Assembly: GCA_037379345.1 (NCBI GenBank)
Contig: CM074523.1
Coordinates: 9,661,507-9,725,506, forward strand
Direction: 5' to 3'
Source: Perna viridis
Taxonomy: Eukaryota
Length of the DNA: 64,000 nt
Shown here one piece after another: positions 26,646 through 39,333 of the stretch. How positions within the stretch are numbered: the first letter of the stretch is position 1; each line of letters begins with the position of its first letter. The translations under genes were made by a program, and so were the position numbers. The notes under the pieces are model-generated. The model was not told the origin of the DNA. It saw only the letters and a program-made list of their open reading frames with translations, and did not search any database.

Positions 26646-28262
26646 ATCGTCAACAGAAAGATTTAATGTTTAATTTTGTTATTATAACGTTAAACCATAA
26701 CTTCGACTGCTCTCTGTGCCCTAATCGATTTCATTACGGATTGCAGCCAGTTTGTCTGTTTGCTGCTTTATAAAATCAGAAAAGTCCTCCAGTAAAGTCT
26801 CGAATGATGTTCTATGTGAGGGAAATGTTAGAAATTTTGGTCTCATGCCGTTTAAAATTTCATAAGAGGAATATTTGGCCGAGGCATTCACTGATAATTT
26901 CACGGCGATATTCATAGATGGTAACACACAGTCCCATTGTTTACCTTCCTGAAAATAAGGATGGGATGGGTCCTCTCGCAAGCACAAAAACAGTGATGTA
27001 TGACACTAGGTGTAAAGTTCTGGCGAATTTACAGTAAGTTACACAGTTCGCTAGTACACTTTGCAATGAATTCATTGCATCCTCTGTCCGATATGAGAGT
27101 ATCAAATACACCATATGTGCAGACCATATCAAAAAGTACATTTGTAACGGTTAAAGAGTCACAATTCAGCGATGGAACATTGTAGACTAGCTTGCTTAAC
27201 AAGTCAATAGCTGTAAATTTAGAAGTATTCGCTTTACTCGTAATAGGTAAAGGTATAAATAAGATCCACTTCCCATATTTGGAATGGTTCACTAGGAATA
27301 CGAAACGATGATATGCTGACTTTGTATGAGCTTAGACTTTACGTGACTTACAAGCGGGACATGAATCTAATATTTTGTCGTAATGGAAGGCAGTTTTTCA
27401 AAACAGAAATGTTCACTCACCAAGTCAATTATTCTTCAATTCTGCCGTCTCCTCCAAGCGGGACTCATGAAATATTTCTAAAACTGGTTAAATTTATATA
27501 TGCGGGCATATACCATCGTCAAGAAGACTTAAGACTTATTATTTCATGTAATTGTTTTCTGTCGGGTAACTTGATATTCCCAATTTGCTCTGCAATGTAA
27601 GGAAAATGAGGATCATTTTCATCTGTATTACCGTTTTCGTCCGAAACTCCTACATCTCACCTCGACAGCGCATCAGGGACCTGCATTTGACTTCCAGGTT
27701 TGTAGCAAATATCGAAATTGTACTACTGTAAGATAGCGATCCACTTTTCATATATATTGCTCCGTGAAACTGTTTTTGAAACAGAGGACAAAATGCGTGG
27801 TGGTCATGTTGTAATATAAAGTGGTTGTCACGTAGATACGTCGTCGAACAACCAATAATGCTAGACACTTATCCTAGAAATCATAACTTTGTAAGGCCAT
27901 TGAACGTTGCCACTTGTTTATTAATTTAGACAAAAACTAATTTAAAACTCTAACAGAATCTTGGTGACTTTTGGTAGAGCATGTAACCTATTACTGTTGA
28001 AGATGTAACCACTGATAAAATAAACGTCAGGTCAAAACGTGGAAACGCAAGTATTTCTGATTGGAGCAGGAGAGTTTTAAAAGGCAACAACTTTTCTGCC
28101 TTCGTCTTCGTCCAAATCATGGAGAGTAGCAAGCAATTCAAACTCAAGCATAAATTTTATCCCATTATCTTTCGGATAGCCCGAGAATTTTTTACAACAA
28201 CTAAGTTTCTCCATATTTCTACTCACTGTGTATTTTTGGACTGCCGAAACAATTTTTGACAA
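26646..28262 (-). pseudogene. Gypsy gag N-terminus / RNase H / integrase core relic (PR and RT deleted)
   Basis: KFSGYPKDNGIKFMLEFE (gag); ILAFPRFDLTFILSVVTSSTVIGYMLYQ and YLRDNHFILQHDHH (RNase H); YGVFDTLISDRG.NEF, WDCVLP, SYEILNGMRP (integrase). Confidence 0.8.
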
Positions 28263-29609
28263 AATAAGTATCGGATAGTATTTGATCAGAGTTTTCGGTA
28301 ATATCGGTACATATTGTGTTGAACGATGATGGCGATCCTGATATGATAGTGTTGGAGGGTCGTTTAAATGGTTACTATTAACTCGAATTTGAACTTAAAG
28401 TAGGTGGCGGTTAGTTGTTGTTACTTTCTGCATGTTAGAGGTCCAAATACTAATAACTTCCGGTATACATTCATAATATTATAAATTTGGAAAAAACTTT
28501 TCTTTCCACAACGCATGTACCTATAACTTGTTTATTGAAACATCGTCGAAAACTGAAAATAGCAGAGTTCTTTCCAAAACATAAATACGGAAAATAGAAA
28601 GACAATTCCTTCCAAAAAGACGTGTTGATGTAGATCAAAATATAAGTGGTAATTGGTAACATAATACTAAGAAACGGAAATAAATTAAAACAAAAGCATA
28701 CATCAATATAATTACGTATAGCAATATTTTTTTGCAAGTTTGATCCATTATAGTTTGGCCAAGACCGTTTTTTGGTGAATACCGTCAGTGAGGCTGGTGA
28801 AACGAAACTATATTCGGTAACAAAATGGTCGAGATAATCCCTTCTCCTGGACTTTTGTAGATCCATAGACAATTTTGGTTAATAGGCATAAACTTGCGGT
28901 TTATACTGCAATTTACACATTCGCACATTCAATTTGTTGGTGCAAAATTCGATCGTCATTCTTAAATTGCCATACTCTACTTCCATAGCCATATCTATCA
29001 TTTCATTGATAAATCGAGTAGACCGGCACATGAAGAAAAGCAAGCTTGATGTCATGTTCAAAAGTTCTATAGTAATGATAGATGTCCTTGAAAACCAGTG
29101 CATAGTTTAGACACAGCAGAAATTGTCCTAGATTTTAAGTAAATAAACCGGGAATCCTTCGTCAAATACAAAAAACAAAGGGGTCGTCCCCCAGGCGTTG
29201 AAGTTCTGCTGGTAAATTCCCCTTCAAAAACTTTAAACGGCTCTCAACATTTGCACCGGGCTCAACCAAAAGTCAATAAAAGTCTCTGCGTTTACTCTGT
29301 CTTAATCTTTTCCTTTTACTATCAGATAGCAGAATGGGTTTCCGCAATGGAGTTTTTAGTTGGTCAAGGTGGTAACAGCCCACCGCATCATACAGTTTTC
29401 GATCGTTCGTGTATTTATATGTGTTAATTGTTGAGATCAAACCTGCTGAAAGATCTTGGAAGGTTCTTCACTATTTTGGGTTTGTAAGAAACTAGCTCAA
29501 TCGCACACGTACGATTTCATGTTTACTCAAACAACAACTAACAACTAATAATAAAAACAAATGCGAAACAAGCCCGTAAGTAACTCCGTACATAATGGTA
29601 ATAAATTGT

Positions 29610-29893
29610 CAGGGGCGTAGCTGCCTATACGCAAATACGCAGTTGCGTACTTTCGGAAAAAGTAACAAAAATAAAAACACATTTTAAAGATGAAATAAAG
29701 GTTATTTATCACATATGCATGCATACCATGAACGTAGTATAGGCTCTGAAAAACTGGCTCCAAAATCGTTAAAATTCAGGAGTTTCCCTAAGGGCTTTGC
29801 CTTGCCGGACTCACTGGGGGCCTTGAGCGATCCCCCCCAAGACCCCTCGCCGTAATTTTGCGTACAACTAAAACAGGCCTAGCTACGCCCCTG
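29610..29893. mobile_element. MITE with CAGGGGCGTAGCT terminal inverted repeats
   Basis: Perfect 13 bp TIR at 29610 and 29881-29893; no clear TSD. Confidence 0.75.
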
Positions 29894-30284
29894 ATTGCAT
29901 ATGTAATCAAGTCGACCATGCCACACAGACATAGAACAGCTGGTGGTTCTCCGTTCAATACTTCAGAAAAATGTTCTTCCCATCTTTTCTGTATGTCTAC
30001 TTTCTTCGTCCAGATGTTATCGTTAGGTTTATCTATAGTCCTCCGTTATGTTCGTTAACTCTATTTTAATTGTGTAGTTTTGGATCCCTTGCGACAATAA
30101 AACGGTAATGGAAATTAATTTTTACTTTTCAAGTAGTCCAGAGTTCCATGAAAATATACCATGTCTCAATAAAAGTCATAGGCACATAGCTACGACCTTC
30201 AAACAAAGTTATAAGACAATAACTACATCAAACGTAGCACTAAAGGGGGGATGATCATTAACGTCATTATCATTCAAACTACAG

Positions 30285-30370
30285 TTTTATACCCCCGCTT
30301 TAAAGGTTACTGGTACATTGTATATAGATATCAAAATGTATGTCTGTCTGTTCGTCTGTTTGTCGAATGT
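30285..30370 (+). mobile_element. Helentron/HINE-like 5' remnant
   Basis: TTTTATACCCCCGC followed by a degenerate (GTCT/GTCC)n tract. Similar remnants at ~45409-45462, ~61358-61420 and ~61563-61625. Confidence 0.45.
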
Positions 30371-30857
30371 CTATACAATCATGGAGTTCAGAATGTGTCT
30401 TAGCATCTCATATTTACAAATACAAACGTATGGTCAATTCAAAGTAATGCAACGATAACAAAGATACCCTCTTTAAATGAGGTTGTCCATACCATATGTA
30501 GGTAACAAAAATAGTAAAATACATTCAAGTATGTAAATTGATAAGACAATTATCAATTAATCAAAAAAGGTTTTTATTTTGTTGTTTCCACCTATCCGTA
30601 ACAGTTATACATTCCTGATGTAAAAGTAATGGTACAGAGTAAACTGCACCAAGTTAGTTCATGTACATGCATTTATTCCTACTCCATAACGAAAATATAA
30701 GGACGACAGTGAAAGACGTACATGTACATCCTTAGTTATTGCCTTATTGTTTCGATCGGTCACGTAGCAACCATCCGGCTTCCGTCTTACTTTTGACTGG
30801 CGGATTTCCATCTTAAACCTGTTTAACTTGTTTTTTTCTATATAAAAGATATATAAA

Positions 30858-31182
30858 AGAGTAATCAAGGGAACCAAGGTTATAGCGGTAATCAAAATAT
30901 GTAATCCAGGGACAAAGACCAGAAATGGAAAACTGACATACACAACAAAGAAAATAAAGTAACTAAAATCACACATACATAGTAACAAAAGCAAATGACC
31001 AACTTGGACTCCACTAAAAACGGGGAGCATGGACCAGGTGCACCGGTAGGGTAAGCGTCCTCTGCCTTTCCAGAAACATCCGCAGAGTTGCTCATAAAAA
31101 GTCAAGTCCGGGTAGACAAACGAGAAAAGGGAAACAGTTACATGTACTATGACCCGTTGAATAAATCAGTTTTCATGGGGCA
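30858..31182 (-). mobile_element. Penelope-like 3' end, copy 2
   Basis: Reverse complement of copies 1 and 4; source of spurious ORFs 30659-31105 and 30892-31095. Confidence 0.7.
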
Positions 31183-31287
31183 ACAGTTCTTTATGCCTTT
31201 GTATGCATTTGTAAAACGCATTATTGGAGTTGAATAACACAGTAACACAACTTATTACTAATTTACCTAACAACAAACCAGAAAATC

Positions 31288-31359
31288 ATGTCGTCGGACG
31301 TATGCAGTTAGCTATGTCGTCGGACGTATGCAGTTAGCTATGTCGTCGGACATATGCAG
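31288..31359. repeat. 26-bp tandem repeat x2.8
   Basis: ATGTCGTCGGACGTATGCAGTTAGCT repeated. Confidence 0.9.
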
Positions 31360-31515
31360 ATTGCTTTCCATTTGTTTCTTTAGAACAGAAAATTTCTTGT
31401 TATTTAAATTTTTAATGGAGAACGAATGAAATTTGACCATTTAACTTAAAGATTATCATCTCCTATACAGTATGTGTATATTAATGTCTACTTACTTTTA
31501 TTGAATAAATAAACT

Positions 31516-32036
31516 ATAGGAGTGTTCTTCGTGATGTCATCACTTACCTGTGATTTGGTTTTGGTTGGCAAAAAATCCATTGAGTGGCATGGGACATCAA
31601 TTTTAAATCATCATAACTTTTTCATTTTTTAAAGATAATAGAAAAAATCTTTTGGTTCCCAACATTTCAAATAAAATTCTTTTTATCCATGGAATTTTTA
31701 AATAAACATTAAGTAATTAGACTATATGTACATAAGATTTTAATTATAATTTTATACAAAAATAGAGGTTTACATATAAATATCACTACAAATTTATTTT
31801 TTCAAGTAAAACAGTTATAAATTCACGTACATAATATGAATTATTTTATCTCTATGAAACATTTTACAGAACCAAAATTGGATATAAAATAACAAAGTTA
31901 TAAAGTTTTGAAAATTGGGATTTTGATCGTGAAATTGTCAATTGTTTATTTAGTTGTTTATTTGCCAACCAATTTGACAATTGATATACAAATTAGTGAA
32001 TATGACATCACTAATGAGATTGGCGAACTCTCCTAT
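31516..32036. mobile_element. Putative MITE
   Basis: ATAGGAGTGTTC / GAACTCTCCTAT termini plus subterminal GTGATGTCAT / ATGACATCAC inverted motifs. Confidence 0.55.
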
Positions 32037-35000
32037 TTTTATTTTTGTACGTTCATTTTTATGAAATTCGGAAAATGTTGTGGAGTATAATTTCTCGAAT
32101 GTTCTGGTAGGTCAGACGAGTGGGGACCGCATCCTGTTGACTAGGTTCATTATATATGTGTCTGGGTGGTGACGACTGTCTTCCGGCGTCAAAGAGCCAA
32201 TCCTTGGGTTTTGGTACATATCGAGATAGTGTCAAACATTTAATCAAATGTATAATGTACATTTATGAAATGATGTTTGTCGAAATTAAACGTGTACCTT
32301 ATTACCAATGAATTCATGATGCATGATTCATGATTCATGAATTCAGTATATAAAGCTTCTATTTTAAAGTCTTACAGACAGTATAAATGATCATGCTTTT
32401 CAGAAATGTGAATTTTTTAAAAAGATAATCTTATATAACACCTTTTTTGTAGCCATAAAACATGTCGGGAATGAGTGTTGACTTTTCATGGTCACAAAAC
32501 CTAAATACTTTAACCCTTCCATGGATAATCAAGACAGTTAATAAACAATTGAAGAATGAATGACAGAACTGAAACCGACGAATCTTTTAACTGTCAGTCC
32601 CTGTAGGAGTCAGGCAGTAGGTGAAACATGGTATATACATTTGTGGGAAAAAACATCATTTTGATACTGTAATTGACCATTTGCACCAACAGAATCAAGG
32701 AAATGGGAAAAGATTATCCATGTCATGTTGGTAAACTGAGTTATAAATTCACTGAAATGCACTCAAAATGAACATTTCAAGGGCAGATAAATCTGTCAAA
32801 AATCAAATTTTTCTGACATTTTATTGAAAAAATTCTAAACAAATCCAGTGATGCAGAGATCAAATAGTGGCCTTTTCATCTAACGAAAGCACCCTCAATT
32901 GAAATTTTATTGTTAGATCGATGGAGTTTGTACATGTATGATTCTGATTTGTCCCATTTTGCCTGATTCTTACAAAAACTTACACTTAAGGTAAAAATGT
33001 TCTTTGACTCATGCATCGTTAATTAAGAGTTAAATCGGCCCGCTTGTGCAAAGGGATCCTGAGGCTTATATTGAATAAGAATTTGTTTATTTAAACTTGT
33101 TTGCAAACTAATTCAGATGACAGAACAATACATTTGTTTCTTAGCTGCAAATTGTTTTTCCTTAATCATGCATTGAAACCAATGTAGACCTGCGATTATT
33201 GTCATTTGAAATAATCCGAATCGAAGGGTTTACTCCTGGAGGTTATCATCTAATCTAAGAAAGATAATCCACATTGGAATTACTAGTAGATTCTAATTGA
33301 TATTAAATAACTACCATGGTATTTCTTGGTTAAATATAAAGTACATAAAGCCCTGAATGGTAATTGATATAAACAAGTCAATCTTTAAACAAAGGTAGTG
33401 GCTCCACCTATGTAGTATTATTAGCTTCGTAAAAAACAATCAAGTGAGATACCTGGAGTCCAGGATATGCGTAAGATTTATTGTACAAAACCTGATACGT
33501 TTTTCGAAGTCATATCAACATCAAAGATTTAAATGTTTTAGAAGAAAAGGGATAGGGAAACGCATGCACGTGAAGACGGCAATAAAGGCCCTCTTACACA
33601 ATTATAATGAATTAAATGAGTGATCCAGGAAAAAAAAAAGAAAAATCATTTGTCCATCGATCACCTGTCTGAAGAACTGTTAAGGTTAAGGAGCTACATT
33701 TTGTTCTGTAAAACGAATATGCAAAGAATAAATTAACACAAATTGTTCAAATGTAGAAACAAATGAGTAAATGATATGTTAATGGTAAGGACTAACAAAT
33801 TACCCAAAAAAGTCCAGTTTACAAGGCTCAAAGGCAATCCTTTTCCTATTTCAAAGAAGTCAAAAATGTATGTACGGAGAGTGGGGACCAATTTACGACA
33901 CATGGAAAAATATATATTCCTGACATAACATAAAAATGTATCATTCAGTGTAGCTTTCAGTGTTATCCATTTCATCGGAAATGTTTGCAGATTTAAATAC
34001 ATGCAGTATATGAACATGTTTACAAATACGATGCTTCACATTTCATAGCAGAAATATGTAGGGTTTGATAAGACTCAGTGGTAAGAGAACCTGGATGTGG
34101 TCATTTGGTCAGTGTGTGGATGCGATTGTGGAATACTTCCGATTTGTCATAGGTACTGAGAACGTCGAATGTAGTGTCATTGGGTCTGACGTCACTGTTA
34201 GAGTCAAGAATGACTGTGTTTGAATCATATTCATGCATTTACAAGTACCTACATACATATTGTATAAACATAGCTCAGATATTTCGCTGATTTTCTTTAA
34301 ATAGGATTCCGTACTTTCCTTTACCAAAAACATAAAAACCGTGTGAGTCCATAATTTGGCATACATAACAAAACACTTTTTTATTATTTTTATTCCATTG
34401 AGGGGCATATAAAACACGTGTCTAAATACCCCTTCATTAACATTAGCCTTACATTAAAAAAAATCAATTACAATCATCTACTGTCATAAGTGGTCTTTTA
34501 TCCGTCAGTATTTGGTCCAGGAAAGTTTTAACAGTTGAACTTACATGAAAGTATTAATAACAGAATTACCTTAATTATTGTTCTGTAACCAAAAGTCAAA
34601 AGCGCTTAAGCATGCATGTTTTACGTGAAAAAGACACAAGAGACCAAATCTAATAACTTGATATGTTCTCAGTCCAATCCGCTTTATACAGTCTTTATAT
34701 CAAATTCAAACCTTTGTTGTGACACCGTCACCGTACGTTAATATGTGCCTAATTTTAATTTCCCTTGTCAATTTCCAAGTTTAATCCTTTGTAGCATAGT
34801 AATTGGTCAATTTAAGGCGGGAAACATCACGTATAGAGATTTTGACATGTTGCTTTTTTAAACTTTAAATCTGTAATAGATATGTTATATTAGCCGTAAA
34901 TTGATACGATTTTTGTGTAAAAACCCATTAATTTTATCCTAATGTATTATCCTGTGTGTTCAATTTAATGCACAACAAAATGGCGCAATTGAATAGGCGT

Positions 35001-35777
35001 GCTTTATGTCTGTCGGGGCAGGATAATATAGTGCACCCCGCTCTGCAGTGGTTGCTCCCTTTAGATGGGTTGAATTGTAAAAATAAAACACTTTTTATAG
35101 TAAACTTGATTTAGTTTCATATACGGAAAGAGGAAAATTACATGATCAAGGTTCTACTGTTTCATTATAAAGTGAACAACGTCATAAACAAAGTTAACAA
35201 ATTTTGACCGACTTAAAATTTGGCACAGCTTAATATGATTAAAAAAAAATAATTAACTATGTATTATAGAAATCCTACGACTATCAGGGTTGTAAAATTT
35301 TCAGGTTAACCCAGTTTTATTGGACAAGACTTTGTATTACATGTAACTGTCTGATATAAAAGACAGAGCATGGCCACGCTGTGTTCTTGTTCGTACAATG
35401 TGGCAATGACACATATTTCACGAAATACACTTTTAAAAGTTCAACCCTCTTAGTTTTTCTTGTACAGTCTAAAATATCTTAGAACTAAAGATGCACAGGG
35501 TCCAACATTTTTTAACAATACACAGTAGGGTCGAATCTAAATTTATAAAAGGGGGTACGACTTAGAAAAACCGGTAAGGAGAGGTAAACAAAGGGAGATT
35601 TTAAGATTTTTTAAAATTGAAAACAACACCACACTATCTCAGTACTATTTTGTATCAAGTGTGTTTTTGAGTACTGATTACATTTTGGCATTTTTACATG
35701 TACACTAAACTGTTTCTCCAACTGTCTTATAATCACATTGACAACTGCTTCCTGATTACGTATCACTATACGCTAAA

Positions 35778-35973
35778 AGGGTAATCAAAGGAACCAAGAT
35801 TCCAGCGGATTTAAAAAAAAATGTAATACAGGGACAAAGTACAGGCATGGAAAACACAGGAAAGGATCAAATAAGCAAAATAATACGTACAAAGCATCAA
35901 AAGTAAATGAGCAACTCGGCCTTATCTGTATGGAACAGGTGCACCTGTGGTGTAAGCGTCCTCTGCTATTCTA
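35778..35973 (-). mobile_element. Penelope-like 3' end, diverged copy 3
   Basis: Recognisable GGAACCAAG...ATGAGCAACTCGG...CAGGTGCACC...TAAGCGTCCTCTGCT blocks. Confidence 0.6.
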
Positions 35974-35994
35974 ATGTTATATTCATGTACAATA

Positions 35995-36002
<8 letters not shown>

Positions 36003-36040
<38 letters not shown>
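36003..36040. repeat. (GT)n microsatellite
   Basis: Direct observation. Confidence 0.98.
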
Positions 36041-36043
<3 letters not shown>

Positions 36044-36586
36044 CCAAACAGACATATTTTTTTTTCATTTACATAATTGTTTTTGATGATCTTCTTATTT
36101 CCAATCCCTACAATAACTTCACTAATTTGCATAGGAGGGGTGGTTTAGTACTGAGTACGACGGAGGCATCAAATATTTAAAACTGCGTATATTTTTGTCG
36201 AGAAGATCAAAGATTGTTTTCCTAAAATATGTGTTCCAAATTGATTCACAAGTCAAATACATTCAATTTGTAGCCATGGATTCATGCTCAATTATTGCAT
36301 CTTTCTGCTTTAAACACTGAGACGTGAATGCGTTTTGAGAATTCACAGTACAAAAATGTATAATGGGCGTGAATTCACTCAAAAGAATGTGATTGTCAAA
36401 TTTATTGGAGGTCATAGTTTTTAATAAAGTCCGAACACTAGGCATATGGACTTGTACCGCCGTGTCGTATGAAGTCATCCTGTCAAATTCAAATCTACAT
36501 ACGTGAAATATTAAGCAAATTAAAATATTGTTGAATAAAAATTAACCCCTGAACTCACATGAAGAAAAAGAACTGTATGTACTATT

Positions 36587-36928
36587 TGTGGATCGTTATG
36601 GTGTATCCATCAGCACCATGAAAACTGATTTATTCAACGGGTCATAGTTTTCCTTCCCTCGTTTGTCTACCCCGGACTTGACTTTTTTATGAGCAACTCG
36701 GCGGGTGTTTCTAGAAAAGCAGAGGACGCTTACCCTACCGGTGCACCTGGTCCATGCTCCCCGTTTTTAGTGGAGTCCGAGTTGCTCATTTACTTTTGTT
36801 ACTTTGTATGTATGATTTTAGTTACTTTATGTTCTTTGTTGTGTATGTCTGTTTTCCATGTCTGGTCTTTGTCCCTGGATTACATTCTTTTGATTACCGC
36901 TATAACCTTGGTTCCCTTGATTACTCTT
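36587..36928 (+). mobile_element. Penelope-like 3' end, copy 4 (near consensus)
   Basis: Encodes VDRYGVSISTMKTDLFNGS* followed by the structured 3' region. Confidence 0.72.
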
Positions 36929-37992
36929 GTATATTTTATTTATATGGTTATAGATTGTTTTGTTTATTCATATAAATAAACCTTTTCTATACATGATAAC
37001 TTTATCAACCCGTTGCGTAAAATGAGGAATACATGTATATATGTTGAATGTAAAGATTTCTCTGCATGAGTTTTGTGTTTTGTAGGATCATTTATTCAAT
37101 ATCCAAGATCTTTCACATAAACTATTATAAAAACGAATAAATCTAATTTTTTCGCCAAACTCATAATATTGAATCTTTGAAACACCAACTTGAAAATTTA
37201 AATTACAAATGAAGTCTTAGTTATGTCACTATTTCTAGATTACAACATAAACCTACAATAACCTAACTCGAATAATTCAGCGCCCTCTCTATCGGTCAAA
37301 CACCTCTCAAGGACTTAAAGGAGCAAACGGAGATCGGCGGATTATAACGACTGATATTATTCGGGTTACATGTAACAATAACTATACTATTTTGTTGACA
37401 ACCGGAAGTAGAATACCCATATTAAACCTGTTTCGCCATATTGGGCCTCTATTTCTGTATTGGTCCAGTTAAGGACATATGGTTTTTAACATTATACATG
37501 TACATGTATTTTACATACATTTCTGGTTATAAAACCTATTAATTTTCAGTGTACAGGCACATGTACATGTATATACATTTATAAATACATGTTAATTTTC
37601 GGTACTGTTTTGATATTACCATTTTACAGGAAATGCAATAATTTGTTTATATTGAAATTTTGTCCGTGTGGAGTACTCAAGTACTCAAGGGGTTCAACAT
37701 TATCATATCCACGTGATTTAAGTCCTGGTTATTTCGGAAGCCTAAAAATGTACTTTATAAAACAGTGGTAAGTTAAAATGTTCAAAAGTACCTTCCTTAT
37801 TCTCTTCGTTCGGTTCCTCCGCCCATACATACATGTACATGTATACTATTATATTATTATTTTACTTTTATATAGTCGTTACCAAAAAATGTTTGAATTA
37901 ATAAATTCTAACTTTAAAATTACACTTCATGTTTCAGTACTTCACACACAAAAATTACACTACTATAATTACATGTTACTCAACAATAGATA

Positions 37993-38154
37993 CAGTAAAA
38001 CCTGTCTAAACCGTCCCCCTTATACTGTGAAACTAGTTCGATTTATAAAGGTGTTTGGTTTGCCAAATTCAAAATAAAGTGAGACTGATATAAAGGTGTC
38101 TAGTTTAGACAAGTCTTCGGATTCTTCGGGGATTGGTTTAGACAGTTTTCACAG
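37993..38154. mobile_element. Tc1/pogo-type MITE
   Basis: TA|CAGTAAAACCTGTCTAAACC ... GGTTTAGACAGTTTTCACAG|TA. Confidence 0.75.
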
Positions 38155-39263
38155 TACCACATTCTATTCTAAATCTAATGCTGAACACAGAGTTAATTCG
38201 GTCTTGCAAACCTGACTGTACTATGCAGGATGTACGGGGAAATCCGTGAGGCATGGGCATTGCTCATTACAAATCTGCGAACTTCAAGCTGTTTCCATTA
38301 AATTGTATTGTACTAGTTTGCATACAGAGGTGGAGTTTTTTACTGATTATAGGAGAGTAGTATACTCCATTTTTTTCCCTTTTGCAGGAGATTGACTAAT
38401 TAACAAAATGTATGTCTGGTGCGAATATTTTAAAGTCCTAACTCAAGGTAGCGCATATTAATTCATAGTCTTTCCCCACACCGGTACCACTCCGGGATGT
38501 AGTTATCGACCGGAATACCGGGATGACAGACAAATACCTGCATTGTCTGTCCTTTATTCTTGTACGCATAATCCAATCGGGATGACCAGGTCGTGTTTAA
38601 CCATATATCTTTAACTATGAATATATGTTTCAGTAACAATACAGATAATTCGATAAGGTATTACAGATCAAATAGTTTAATATATATACGTGTATATCAC
38701 AGCCACTTCCGGTCTGACAAATAATGGTCACTTCGTGCTCTTCGTCTAGATAATGTGGAGAACTCACCCACCGAACAAAGTAATAGAAGTACTGAAATAC
38801 AAGATTTTAGGGACAATTTGTACAACGTGTATTTCTGAGCATTGTCAATTTCTCGCTTACTCTTTGTCTAACATACTAACACGGTATTTAGGTGCTTGAC
38901 TTTGGTGTATTATTTCACCGCAGATTACTCCCAATACAGACAAATAAACAAATCTAACGGCGATCCCTCCCCTCTGAAATTGATACCTGTGAATTGTGTA
39001 TTGGGACATTTAATAAAATGTGAACATTGCGATAAAAATGTTCAGTGCACTGGCGCGTCCCATCAATTATAAGAGATGTGGAATTCGTATTAGCAATTTT
39101 GAATTAGAATATATTTTCTCACCTTTTTTCTGGAAAAGGGAAAAAAACAGGATTATATAGAAATGATTAGAAATATAGCGAAATTTAAATATATTGTGAA
39201 AACCGAATATCAGGAATGACGGAAACTTAATTTAAAATTTATATAGATGTGGGACTTCTAACT

Positions 39264-39333
39264 ATGAGTGCAAAAACGGATATAATTTTAATACTAGTGA
39301 CAATTTTGCATTTTTGTGAATTAACTGTATGCG
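39264..39333 (+). CDS. Candidate first coding exon (signal peptide) of the D8C/VWDE-like gene
   Basis: MSAKTDIILILVTILHFCELTVC plus one G, then a perfect GTAAGT donor. Phase 1 fits the acceptor at 59944 (G+AC = Asp). Linkage across 20.6 kb is inferred. Confidence 0.6.

Noticed and set aside
36689-36979. Recurrent 'MSNSAGVSRKAEDAYPTGAPGPCS...' ORFs (also 30892, 47218, 63297)
   Set aside because: Translation of the Penelope-like 3' region. Ends and frames vary among copies, so it is not supported as a gene family, although a small element-encoded peptide cannot be fully excluded.
37400-38720. ETS-like CCGGAAGT motifs as the promoter of the D8C gene
   Set aside because: Short motifs with no TSS evidence.
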